A DNA stretch of 32,000 bases from positions 3,330,001 through 3,362,000 of the forward strand of contig NC_010814.1 of NCBI RefSeq assembly GCF_000020385.1, read 5' to 3'. Shown here piece by piece: positions 1-9,034 of the stretch. The notes under the pieces are model-generated. The model made no database searches, was not told the origin of the DNA, and worked only from the letters and a program-made list of their open reading frames with translations. The translations under genes and the position numbers were made by a program. Every line of letters begins with the position of its first letter. Position 1 is the first letter of the stretch. The stretch is from Trichlorobacter lovleyi SZ. Its GTDB lineage: Bacteria; Desulfobacterota; Desulfuromonadia; Geobacterales; Pseudopelobacteraceae.

Positions 1-1
1 A

Positions 2-193
2 CGCATCCCCACGGTGGTCTTCGGCTGCCATGATCCCAAGGCCGGCGCTGCCGGCTCTCTCTACGACCTTTCCAATGACCCACGCCTCAATCACCGCTTT
101 GAACTTGTCAGCGGCATCCGCCGGCAGGAATGCTCAAGCATGCTCTCTGAATTTTTTGCTGCACTGCGCCTCAAAAGGCGTAGCGACCAATGA
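2..193 (+). CDS. tadA: tRNA-specific adenosine deaminase TadA, C-terminal fragment (5' end outside window)
   Basis: Open from the window edge in frame 2. Translates RIPTVVFGCHDPKAGAAGSLYDLSNDPRLNHRFELVSGIRRQECSSMLSEFFAALR, closely matching the conserved C-terminal half of TadA. TGA at 191-193, followed by a hairpin plus T6. Tracked ORF 30..377 is a different, spurious frame. Confidence 0.75.
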   Translation, partial: RIPTVVFGCHDPKAGAAGSLYDLSNDPRLNHRFELVSGIRRQECSSMLSEFFAALRLKRRSDQ

Positions 194-231
194 CAGGGTT
201 GAGTTTTTCAGCGGTATGATGTATAGACAAA

Positions 232-259
232 CCGGCCTGAGCAATCAGGCCGGTTTTTT
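232..259 (+). terminator. Rho-independent terminator after tadA
   Basis: 9-bp perfect stem ccggcctga/tcaggccgg, loop gcaa, then TTTTTT. Confidence 0.8.
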
Positions 260-261
260 CA

Positions 262-349
262 GGAGGGGTGTCCGAGAGGTCGAAGGTGACAGACTCGAAA
301 TCTGTTGTACCGCAAGGTACCCAGGGTTCGAATCCCTGCCCCTCCGCCA
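262..349 (+). tRNA. tRNA-Ser (anticodon CGA)
   Basis: Acceptor GGAGGGG/CCCCTCC, discriminator G, encoded CCA. Anticodon loop ctCGAaa, long variable arm, T-loop GGTTCGAATCC. Confidence 0.9.
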
Positions 350-374
350 TAGAATAATCCGGATTAGTCCGGCG
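327..374 (+). repeat. attL: direct repeat made of the tRNA-Ser 3' end plus 25 nt downstream
   Basis: ttcgaatccctgcccctccgccatagaataatccggattagtccggcg recurs at 10297-10341, with a 3-nt gap and about 4 substitutions by eye. Confidence 0.75.
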
Positions 375-384
375 TAGTAAATAA

Positions 385-408
385 AGCCTCGAATTTTCGG
401 GGCTTTTT
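385..408 (+). terminator. Terminator hairpin downstream of tRNA-Ser, island-borne
   Basis: Stem agcctcg/cggggct (7 bp, one G-U), loop aatttt, T5 tail. Analogous in position to hairpin 10351-10373 after attR. Confidence 0.6.
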
Positions 409-436
409 CTTTTTCTGTTGTTCTGGCTAGTCCGTA

Positions 437-526
437 TTGGTATGCTTGAGTCAGGTCTGTTTGTTGGTATATCAGTTGGTGCTCACTTCATACCAACAAA
501 ACAAATACCAACAAAAAGAATACCAA
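437..526. promoter_or_regulatory. Cluster of TTGGTAT / ATACCAAC motifs upstream of the integrase (candidate arm-type or operator sites)
   Basis: ATACCAA at 490, 505 and 520, exactly 15-bp phased. Inverted TTGGT(A/G) at 437, 464 and 476. Related TTGGTGGTATAT x2 near attR. Confidence 0.4.
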
Positions 527-545
527 CATGGGAGGAACAGCAGCC

Positions 546-1784
546 ATGCCACGTCAAAACGCCCCCCTCGCGGACATTCAAGTCAATAAAGCCAAGAAAA
601 AAGAAAAAGATTACAAGCTGTCAGACGGCGGTGGTTTGCACTTGCTGGTAACCAAAACGGGCGGGAAACTGTGGCGGATGCAATATCGTTTCGACGGCAA
701 ACAGAAAATGTTGTCTTTCGGGGCGTATCCAGCCATTTCCCTGGCTGATGCACGGCAACGCAGGGAGGATGCACGCAAGCTGCTGGCAAATGGTCAAGAC
801 CCGGCAGCGGTTAAGAAAGCTGTTCAGGAGGCCGCTGTTGTAGCCGCTGCGTCCACCTTTGCGATTGTGGCCGGTGAATGGTTCCAGAAGCGCAAGCCGG
901 AATGGGTAGACAGCCACGCCGTATCCGTCAAGGGGCGGCTTGATAACTATATTCTGCCAGCGTTCGGCAGCAAACCAATTGTAGAGGTCACGGCGGCAGA
1001 TGTTCGCACCATGTTGTTAAAGATTGAGGCACGGGGGACTATAGAGGCAGCCAAACGGGTAAAGGTCATCTGCGGGCAGGTTTTCAGGTATGCGGCAGCC
1101 CATGACCTGATTCAGCATGACCCATCGGCAGCACTCAAGCCGTCTGAACTATTCCGCAAGGTAGAAAAACGGCACTTTGCAGCCGTTACAGACCCGAAAG
1201 AACTTGCACCACTGCTGCGGTCAATCGAGGGCTACACTGGCAGCATTGAAACCCGTTGTGCCTTGCGACTGCTGCCTATGTTGCTGATGCGTCCCGGTGA
1301 ACTCAGGCATTTAGAATGGTCTGAAATAGACCGTGAAGCAGGACAGATAAATATTCCAGCCGAAAAAATGAAGATGAGAACTGCCCACACCGTACCGCTT
1401 TGCAAACAAGCTCTGGCTATTCTGGAAGAGATCAGGCCACTGACCGGACACGGCAAATATGTTTTCCCTTCCACCAGATCAGCAGAACGTCCCATTTCTG
1501 ATAACACCCTGAATGCCTGTTTCCGGCGGATGGGGTACGATAGCGACACCGTGACAGCTCACGGATTCCGCGCAACTGCCAGAACCATTCTGGATGAAGT
1601 GCTGGGGTTCCGCCCTGACATTATTGAGCATCAGCTTGCACATGCTGTGAAAGATCCAAACGGCAGGGCTTACAACCGGACGGCTTTTATCGATGATCGA
1701 CGGAAGATGATGCAGCAATGGTCAGACTATCTGGACAGCCTGAAGGCCGGGGCGAAGGTGATACCAATATCAAAGGCGGCATGA
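546..1784 (+). CDS. int: Tyrosine recombinase/integrase, P4-type with DUF4102-like N-terminal arm-binding domain
   Basis: N-terminus KEKDYKLSDGGGLHLLVTKTGGKLWRMQYRFDGKQKMLSFGAYP. C-terminal catalytic signature HGFRATARTILDE...IEHQLAH...AYNR. GGAGGA at 531-536 favours the ATG at 546 over 528. Confidence 0.9.
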   Translation: MPRQNAPLADIQVNKAKKKEKDYKLSDGGGLHLLVTKTGGKLWRMQYRFDGKQKMLSFGAYPAISLADARQRREDARKLLANGQDPAAVKKAVQEAAVVAAASTFAIVAGEWFQKRKPEWVDSHAVSVKGRLDNYILPAFGSKPIVEVTAADVRTMLLKIEARGTIEAAKRVKVICGQVFRYAAAHDLIQHDPSAALKPSELFRKVEKRHFAAVTDPKELAPLLRSIEGYTGSIETRCALRLLPMLLMRPGELRHLEWSEIDREAGQINIPAEKMKMRTAHTVPLCKQALAILEEIRPLTGHGKYVFPSTRSAERPISDNTLNACFRRMGYDSDTVTAHGFRATARTILDEVLGFRPDIIEHQLAHAVKDPNGRAYNRTAFIDDRRKMMQQWSDYLDSLKAGAKVIPISKAA

Positions 1785-2087
1785 ATCATTAGCCGCACTT
1801 CTATTCCCCCAAACGGGGAGAACCACAACATGCTTCTCATATTATTGCCACCCCACCCCCTACATTTTTATTCTGCCATGGGGGGATGGGGGGATATTTT
1901 AAGCGCCCCGGTGCAGGTGGTTATGTTTCCCGTAATACCTGCTTGAAATTTGGCTGACAGAGTGTAGTGTATACAACACAGCAATCAAAACGACCAAGGG
2001 TGTAAGACTTGAATGTTGCGGAACAGCAGAAAATTGGTATAGTTTTTCCAAGAGATCGAGAAATATTTTCCCAGTGAGCCACCAGCC

Positions 2088-4784
2088 ATGCCGCTATTCA
2101 AATCATATACAATCATGATGCTGCTCGGAGTGTGTGCCTTTCTGCTGGCAACTGCGCTGCCCTGCACACTGCACGCATCAGAGATGCCCCATCACCAGAA
2201 AATCCTGCTGCTTGACTCCTACCACGCCGGTTACAAAGGCTCTGATGACATCGTCCTTGGCTTCAACGAAACCATCCATACGCTGCTGTCCCATGCAGAA
2301 GTGCAGGTGGAATATCTGGATTCAAAATATAACCACGGGCCTGAATACGACCGGCGACTGCTTGAGATGCTGCGCTTCAAATACAAGAATCTTCATTTTG
2401 ACCTGCTCGCCGCAACTGACGACTATGCCTTTGACCTGCTGGAACAGCACCGTGATGAACTTTTTGGTAAGACACCGGTGGCATTCTGCGGCACCAACAA
2501 CTTTGATTTCAAACGTATCAAAGAAAAGCCTGATTTTGCCGGTTTTGAAGAACGGCCCAGTTTTGGTGACACCATTGAACTGATACTGAAGCTGCAGCCC
2601 AATACGAAACAGGTCATCGCCATCTACGATGATTCCACTACCGGCGAGCTGAATAGCGCCGTCTTCCGCGAGGCCGCAGACAGATACGCTTCCCGCCTTG
2701 AGTTTTCCTACCGGTCAGGCAAGCGGCTGGAGGAACTGTTAAAAGAGGTACATACGCCCAAACCTGGTACCGTACTGATCTACTTTGCCTCGTTTATGCT
2801 GACAGAGAACGGGACAAAACTTTCCAGCACTGAGGCTCTGGAAAAGATTTCCAAGGCTAGTACGGTTCCGGTCTATGGTGGCTGGGAGTTTAACCTTGGC
2901 CACGGGATTATTGGCGGCAGGCTGATCAACCTCAAAGAGCATGGCAGTGCCATGGCTGTTCTTGCTGCAGAGATGCTGGCAGGAAAGCAGCTAACCAGCC
3001 AGGAACGGGCCAAGCTAAGCCCGAACACCTTCATGTTTGATTACCGGCAGCTGAAGCGGTTTTCACTCCCGGAATCAGCGCTGCCCAAAGGCAGCGTTAT
3101 CATGTATCGTCCCCCCGGTTTTTTCTCTGTCTATGGCATCACCCTGCTCTGGTCAGGCATTATCACCCTATTTCTGATCCTGGTGGCAGTTTTACTCATG
3201 TATTCTAAAAAGAACACCTCTCTTGTCCAACGGGAGAGAGAATTGATTGAAAGCGATAAACGTTACCGGTTGCTGTTTGAAAACATGACCAGCGGCTTTG
3301 CACTGAATGCCATGATCTATGATGAACAGGGCAACCCGATGGATTACCGTTTTATCACTGTCAACCCGGCCTTTGAACATCTGACAGGGGCAAAGGCCAA
3401 AGATATTATCGGGAAGACCGTTCGTGAGGTGATGACGGGAACGGAACAGCACTGGATTGAGACTTACGGCAGGGTAGCCAGGACGGGCGAACCAATAGCC
3501 TACGAAAACTATGCACAGGATATCGGCAGGTATTTCAGCACCTACGCATTTTGTCCGGAACCAGGCCTGTTTGCGGTCGTTTTTAATGATATTACCGAGA
3601 GGTTCAAGAGTCAGCAGGAACTTGCCGAGGCAAAGGATGCTGCCGAGGCTGCCAACCAGGCCAAAAGCGACTTCCTTGCCAATATGAGCCATGAAATCCG
3701 CACCCCGATGAACGGAGTGGTCGGCTTGACGCAACTGCTGCGCTTTACGGAATTAACGACAGAGCAGGTTGAATACCTGGACAGCATTGAGACCTCTGCA
3801 GATAACCTGCTGTCACTGATTAACGATATTCTGGATCTTTCCAAGATAGAGTCTGGCAAGGTAGAGCTCGAATTTACTGATTTTTCGTTACGGAAGGCGA
3901 TACAGGACATCATCATCACCCAAAAATCCCGTATTTTTGAGAAAGGTCTCCAGATCAAGCAAGAGATAGCCGCTGATCTGCCGGAGCTGGTAAACGGAGA
4001 CCAGCTGCGGGTAAAGCAGGTTTTCATCAATCTGTTGGGGAATGCCATCAAATTTACTGAGCGGGGGACCATCACCATCGCGGTTTCAATTCTTGAGCGA
4101 GAGTCAAACCGTGCGCTAATAAGAATAACCGTCAGTGACACCGGCATCGGGATGTCGCAAGAAACCCTTCAGAAGATCTTTGATCCCTTTGCACAGGCCG
4201 ATTCCAGCACAACCCGCCGCTTTGGCGGAACCGGCCTGGGGTTATCTATCTGCCGCAAACTGGCTGAACTGATGGGAGGCGCAATTACGGTTGAGAGCAT
4301 TCCTGGCAGTGGCAGCAGCTTCCATCTTGATCTGTCTTTTACCTGCAGTACCGCCAAAGCGATTCAGCCAGATAGCAAAGTACAGTTGTCCACCATACAA
4401 AAGCCGGAACGGCCACTCACTATCTTGATTGCTGAGGATAACCAGCTTAATCAACGCACCCTGGAAGTGATTCTGCTGAAGATAGGATACCAACCGGTTT
4501 GTACGGATAATGGTCAGAAAGCCCTTGAGAGGTGGCGTAGTGGCGGGATTGATGCTGTTTTGATGGATATTCAGATGCCGGTTATGAACGGTCTGGAAGC
4601 ACTTGAACAGATTCGCACAGAAGAAGCAATCGGCAAACACACACCGATAATCGCCCTTACTGCGGATGCCCTGAAAGATACAGAAGAAAAGCTGATCAAA
4701 GCAGGATTTGATGGTTATCTGACCAAGCCGGTAAAAATCAAGGATCTGGCGGGTGAGCTTGCAAGGCTAACAGCAGGTAACTAA
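2088..4784 (+). CDS. Hybrid sensor histidine kinase/response regulator (signal peptide, periplasmic solute-binding-like domain, TM, PAS, HisKA, HATPase_c, REC)
   Basis: Signal-like N-terminus. TM segment [26 protein letters not shown] ([14 protein letters not shown]...). H-box [12 protein letters not shown]-box [12 protein letters not shown]. Receiver ILIAEDN...[10 protein letters not shown]...LTKP. Confidence 0.9.
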   Translation: MPLFKSYTIMMLLGVCAFLLATALPCTLHASEMPHHQKILLLDSYHAGYKGSDDIVLGFNETIHTLLSHAEVQVEYLDSKYNHGPEYDRRLLEMLRFKYKNLHFDLLAATDDYAFDLLEQHRDELFGKTPVAFCGTNNFDFKRIKEKPDFAGFEERPSFGDTIELILKLQPNTKQVIAIYDDSTTGELNSAVFREAADRYASRLEFSYRSGKRLEELLKEVHTPKPGTVLIYFASFMLTENGTKLSSTEALEKISKASTVPVYGGWEFNLGHGIIGGRLINLKEHGSAMAVLAAEMLAGKQLTSQERAKLSPNTFMFDYRQLKRFSLPESALPKGSVIMYRPPGFFSVYGITLLWSGIITLFLILVAVLLMYSKKNTSLVQRERELIESDKRYRLLFENMTSGFALNAMIYDEQGNPMDYRFITVNPAFEHLTGAKAKDIIGKTVREVMTGTEQHWIETYGRVARTGEPIAYENYAQDIGRYFSTYAFCPEPGLFAVVFNDITERFKSQQELAEAKDAAEAANQAKSDFLANMSHEIRTPMNGVVGLTQLLRFTELTTEQVEYLDSIETSADNLLSLINDILDLSKIESGKVELEFTDFSLRKAIQDIIITQKSRIFEKGLQIKQEIAADLPELVNGDQLRVKQVFINLLGNAIKFTERGTITIAVSILERESNRALIRITVSDTGIGMSQETLQKIFDPFAQADSSTTRRFGGTGLGLSICRKLAELMGGAITVESIPGSGSSFHLDLSFTCSTAKAIQPDSKVQLSTIQKPERPLTILIAEDNQLNQRTLEVILLKIGYQPVCTDNGQKALERWRSGGIDAVLMDIQMPVMNGLEALEQIRTEEAIGKHTPIIALTADALKDTEEKLIKAGFDGYLTKPVKIKDLAGELARLTAGN

Positions 4785-4945
4785 CGTTCAAACAATTACC
4801 GTAAAATCATTTACACAAAATACTTTATAGACCCAATCGGACATTTATCATTCTAGGCTTACTACACTTTTTTTCGGTCTCTTATTCAATTCATCAAATT
4901 TTGTCTTGCACCACATCCTTTAAAAAATAGTTTGAGGACGCTCAT

Positions 4946-5233
4946 TCACATCTCAGGCGGTATCCACACCCGCTGATGTGGTCCATCATTGGGGCAGATA
5001 CGGGCTTTTTTAAAACCAAGTTCATAGAGTATCTTTCCCATGGTGCCGGGCGCTGTGTCAAAATCCCTCATAAAAAAATGCATGGTCAGATATGACCGTT
5101 GCTTCACTTCATCCGGCTGTTGGTCCCACCACTCCTTTACAATTTCATAGGGCGTCGGTTTATACACCTTGGGCACTGGTGGTGGAGTTTTTTCCCTTTT
5201 TGCACACAAGCTATGCTCAAGAAAGCCATTCAT
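4946..5233 (-). CDS. Hypothetical protein, 95 aa, last gene of the island replication module
   Basis: ORF track 4946..5344. Internal ATG at 5233 is preceded by a GGAGAGG-like SD. No family recognised. Confidence 0.5.
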   Translation of the reverse strand: MNGFLEHSLCAKREKTPPPVPKVYKPTPYEIVKEWWDQQPDEVKQRSYLTMHFFMRDFDTAPGTMGKILYELGFKKARICPNDGPHQRVWIPPEM

Positions 5234-5279
5234 TTTTTTCCTCTCCCTTCCACGGCGGCGGCGGCTGTTTTTCCACAAA

Positions 5280-5380
5280 TGGACGGATTGGACGGATTGG
5301 GGGGTAAAACCTAATTTATCTCTATAACTCTTTCTTAAGAGCAAAAGTTAAAAAGGGGTCTGATCCGTCCAATCCGTCCA
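5280..5380. repeat. Perfect 18-bp inverted repeat, each arm a tandem GGACGGATT iteron pair, flanking an AT-rich 65-bp spacer; candidate replication origin
   Basis: tggacggattggacggat at 5280-5297, and its exact reverse complement atccgtccaatccgtcca at 5363-5380. Lies 16 nt downstream of the primase stop. Confidence 0.5.
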
Positions 5381-5395
5381 AAGCCCTGCTGGTGG

Positions 5396-7486
5396 TCAAT
5401 TAAACGGGGGTACCGTCAGTGCCAGACCTTCCCATACCACCCCGTTACTTCTCCCTTTGGTAAAACCAGCAACAGTCAGCATGGAGCTGAAGCGTCTAGC
5501 AGACAGTCCCTTCCAGTTGCTGTACTGGATGAAGGAGTTCAGCAAGAGCCCTGCCGGGGTTCTAAATTGTGGGGCAAGTTGACAGCAATCATCCAGCCAG
5601 CCTTTTAGAGCATCTTCAGAGTTCCTGTATTCAGCCACAGCCTCTTTCACTTCAGCAGGCGGACTCAGCTTTTCACGCTGCCACTCAAGGCATCCCTGAA
5701 CAGCCCACGCAAGTATTCCCGGCAGCTCCTTTTCAAGTTTCTGCTCAAGGTGTGGGTCACACTCTGCGTCTGATATGGTAACGCCAAATTTCAGCAAGTG
5801 GAGCCGTCTCCATATGCCGTGGTCAGTACCCCGGATGCTTGGTTTGTGGTTACCAAACAGCAGAAGTTTAAAAGCTGGTTTATATTCAAAAAATTCCTTG
5901 TGTAAAAATCTGCAGGCCAGAAGGTCACCACCTGTCAGATTCTTCACTGCTGCTTCATTCAACCGGTCGCCATCGTTTAGTTCATTCAGATTAACGAGGC
6001 GTGCCCCACGCATTGCGGCAAGTGCAGACAGGGTGCTCAAGTCGCCATTGCCTTTATGCAGAATCAGGTCACCGGCTCCTGTAGCTGCAAAGTCCCCCAG
6101 CAGCTTTTTTAATATATTTACAAAGGTGCTTTTCCCGTTCCTGCCGGTGCCATAAAGGAACAACAGCACCTGCTCTGAGGTATCACCTGTTAAGCAGTAA
6201 CCAGCCCACCGCTTGATAAATGCAGTCAATGCCGTGTTACCTGCCATGATCTTACTTAAGAACGCCTCAAATACAGGCGCTGTTGCGGTATGGTTATATT
6301 CAATCGGCACAAGCCGCGTGATAAAGTCAGCAGGAGAATGCTGCTTCAGGGAGCCGGTTCGTAAGTCAAGCGTACCGTTTAACACATTAAGCAGCATGGG
6401 GTCACGATCAAGCTGACAGCTGCTTACGCTGAAATCCGGGATTTTTTGAGCGGCACTGATAACCATGGCCTGTCGGTTGTGGGCCTCAAGTTTAACGGAC
6501 TCTTTCAACATGGACATCCGTTCAGCATCATTTTCTATCTGGCTGGCTTTTGCCCTGATCTCTGCAATCAGCTCTTTAAGAAAAGGGTACGCTCCACCGG
6601 GGGTATTACTGTTCCAACGCTGACCATCAAAAACAAGCCAGTCAAGCGATGGATTGAATCTGAGCCGATCTTTGAATTTTGCTGCAAAATAACTGCTTAC
6701 CCGCATGTCAGTAAGCAACTTTAGCGCTGCTTCTTCTGACACTCTTTCAGCTGGTAGCCAGCCAGCTGCTTTGGCCATGTGGTAAATTGTACCGGCAGTA
6801 ACAGGCTGATCGACCCTGTCCCCAAACCCTGCCCACTTCTCTGGGCATTCTTCATCTTTAAACTTTGTACTGCCACGGCTCCACTCTTCCCACAGGGCAA
6901 GCCCCTCTTCACTGCCTGCAAACTCATGATGCAGCCCCATACCAACACAAATCCATTCTTCCCGGCCATCGGGGGAGATAGCAGGCAGAGCTGATTTCAA
7001 GTTAGCAATGTCAGCCGGGGTCTTTATACTGAACTCATCTGCCGCGACCTGATCAAGCTTTACTGCAGGCAATGGTTCACCCTTTGCCAGCAATGCCTTT
7101 TCAATCAACAGCCTGAACTCTTCAGGGCTGATTCGCTCTCTTATAATTCCGACTTTAACCGGCTTTGGAGTTTCCGGGGCTTTTCTATTGTGTACCCCTA
7201 CAGGCCGCAATACAGACGCTGCATCAGAAGTGCGTGATGGGTCAGCTTCAAAGTCATAAGCCTGGCAAGCCTTCTTCAGTAGTGCAGCTGTAGTTCGCCA
7301 CTCGACTGCTGAAATTGCCGTATCCAGTACCCAATAGGCATACAGGCCATTACCGGATGACACCCCTGTAGGACTCGGCAGTTTCGTTGCTTTAGCAAAC
7401 TCCAGCAGAGCCCGCCCCCCTGCCTGCTGATCAGGAAACGGTTTGCCGGGGCCACAGTCAATATCCAGCCAGAAAGATTGCACTAA
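5396..7486 (-). pseudogene. Primase/helicase (AEP prim-pol + PriCT + D5/P4-family SF3 helicase), C-terminal 696 codons, separated from its 5' end by an IS
   Basis: FWLDIDCG (DxD primase motif). WICVGMGLHHEF...LWEEWS (PriCT-like). Walker A YGTGRNGKST within a P4-family primase C-terminal region. Native reading frame enters at TSD 7483-7486. Confidence 0.85.
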
Positions 7487-8811
7487 CAGGCTGTTGAAAT
7501 TGAAGTAGTAAAAACAGCCTTTTTTTAGTATATTTGTGCGCACAACACTCCGGTTTGATTGAGGAAAGTTATGCGCGGAACTGATGTCCAGAATGAAGCT
7601 CTTTTTGCCTATGTGACGCCTGAGTCATTTGTACCCAAGGATCATCCCCTGCGTGCTATTCGCAGTATGGCTGATCAGGCACTTTCCGAGATGAGCCCGC
7701 TCTTTGACAGCATGTATGCCGATTCCGGTCGTTCTTCCATTGCCCCGGAGAAGCTGCTGAAAGCACAACTGCTGATGATACTGTTCAGCATCCGCAGTAA
7801 CCGGCAACTGGTAGAGCAGATCCGCTACAACTTCCTGTACCGCTGGTTCCTTGGCATGGGACTGGATGATGAAATCTGGGATCACTCCAGCTTCACTAAG
7901 AACCATGAACGGTTAATTGGCTCTGATGTGGCCGCAGAGTTTCTATCCCGTATCCTTGCTCAGGCAGAGCGCAAGCGTCTCCTGTCCCGAGAGCACTTCA
8001 CCGTTGACGGCACCTTGATTGAGGCATGGGCCTCCATCAAGAGCTTCAAGCCCAAAGACGGTCCGCCATCTGCCGGTGGTGGCAAAAATAAATCAGTTGA
8101 TTTCAAAGGCAAACAACTCAAAAACGACACTCATTCTTCCAGCACTGATCCAAACGCCAGACTGTACCGCAAGGGCAACACCAAAGAGGCCAAGCTCTGC
8201 TACCAGGGACACACCTTGATGGAGAATAGAAACGGTCTGATCGTCAAGACCAGCGTCACCACGGCAACCGGTACCGGAGAGCGTGAAGCCGCCAAGGCCA
8301 TGATCAGACAATTGCCTCGTACTACCCGGCGTATCACCGTCGGTGCAGACAAAGGATACGACACCGAAGGCTTTGTCAAAGAGCTCAGGCAAATCAACGT
8401 CACGCCGCATGTGGCTCAGAACAACACCAGAAGGAAATCAGGCATTGATGGCAGAACCACCGCTCATCCGAATTACAGCATAAGCCAAAGGATCAGAAAA
8501 CGGATCGAGGAAGGCTTTGGCTGGATGAAGACCATCGGCAGACTGAGAAAGACCATGTATCGAGGCATTGAGAAGATTGCCTGGCAGCTTGATCTCCATG
8601 CAGCGGCCTACAACCTGGTACGCATGAAAAACCTGGGGCTCGGTGTCACCTGAGAGCGGCAAATCGGCCTTGGGGTGCATCAAGCATAGGCAAATAAAGT
8701 TGAAAAAGAGCAACACAACCGAAAACAGCGACATCTGAACAGCGAAGCAAACTTAAAAAATCAGCCGGCTGACTGGAACGGACTCAAATCGAGCCGATTT
8801 TCAACGACCTG
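7487..8811 (+). mobile_element. IS5-family insertion sequence, 1325 bp
   Basis: Terminal inverted repeats caggctgttgaaatt (7487-) and caggtcgttgaaaat (reverse complement of -8811), 12 of the first 15 nt matching. Flanked by 4-bp direct CTAA at 7483-7486 and 8812-8815. Single DDE transposase gene. Confidence 0.8.
7571..8653 (+). CDS. IS5-family DDE transposase with InsH-like N-terminal (DUF772-type) domain
   Basis: N-terminus ...PEKLLKAQLLMILFSIRSNRQLVEQIRYNFLYRWFLGM. C-terminal ...ITVGADKGYD...RIEEGFGWMK.... GAGGAAAG SD precedes the ATG at 7571 (track starts at TTG 7559). Confidence 0.85.
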   Translation: MRGTDVQNEALFAYVTPESFVPKDHPLRAIRSMADQALSEMSPLFDSMYADSGRSSIAPEKLLKAQLLMILFSIRSNRQLVEQIRYNFLYRWFLGMGLDDEIWDHSSFTKNHERLIGSDVAAEFLSRILAQAERKRLLSREHFTVDGTLIEAWASIKSFKPKDGPPSAGGGKNKSVDFKGKQLKNDTHSSSTDPNARLYRKGNTKEAKLCYQGHTLMENRNGLIVKTSVTTATGTGEREAAKAMIRQLPRTTRRITVGADKGYDTEGFVKELRQINVTPHVAQNNTRRKSGIDGRTTAHPNYSISQRIRKRIEEGFGWMKTIGRLRKTMYRGIEKIAWQLDLHAAAYNLVRMKNLGLGVT

Positions 8812-9034
8812 CTAAAAGTGCATTATCAGCCTTGCGGGATTCACTGCTCTTGAAGCTGGCCTGTGCTATGTAGCTATTGTAGCCAGCAGCATCAAGCTCA
8901 AGTAATTTATCAGCCGCCTGCTGCTTGTCTGTATACCAATAATGCTTTAATTTACCTGCTGCCCCATCAAGTTGCGCCACGCAGTAAATGCCATCAGAAG
9001 GCAGTATGTGGTCTAACCATTCAACAGTAGTCAT
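8812..9034 (-). pseudogene. Primase/helicase N-terminal 73 codons, 5' fragment of the IS-split gene
   Basis: Tracked ORF 8801..9034 ends ...RKADNALLAGR*, where the last residues and the stop are IS-derived. Joins in frame to 7486 when the IS and one TSD copy are removed. Confidence 0.8.

Noticed and set aside
30-377. 115-aa tracked ORF spanning the tadA end and tRNA-Ser
   Set aside because: It is out of frame with the clearly TadA-like frame-2 translation. It also runs through a terminator hairpin and a complete tRNA gene, so it is spurious.
1847-1895. C-rich tract (ccaccccaccccc) and tandem GGGGGGAT x2, considered as an int terminator or G-quadruplex
   Set aside because: There are only two G-runs, which is not enough for a G4. 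The hairpin is imperfect with a ~20-nt loop and no proper T tract. I could not support any specific function.
7483-7500. Similarity of NALL (N-terminal fragment) and NSLL (chimeric ORF) at the IS junctions, considered as a longer target duplication
   Set aside because: Only the 4-nt CTAA is duplicated at the nucleotide level. The extra amino-acid resemblance comes from the IS terminal inverted repeats being read in the same frame.
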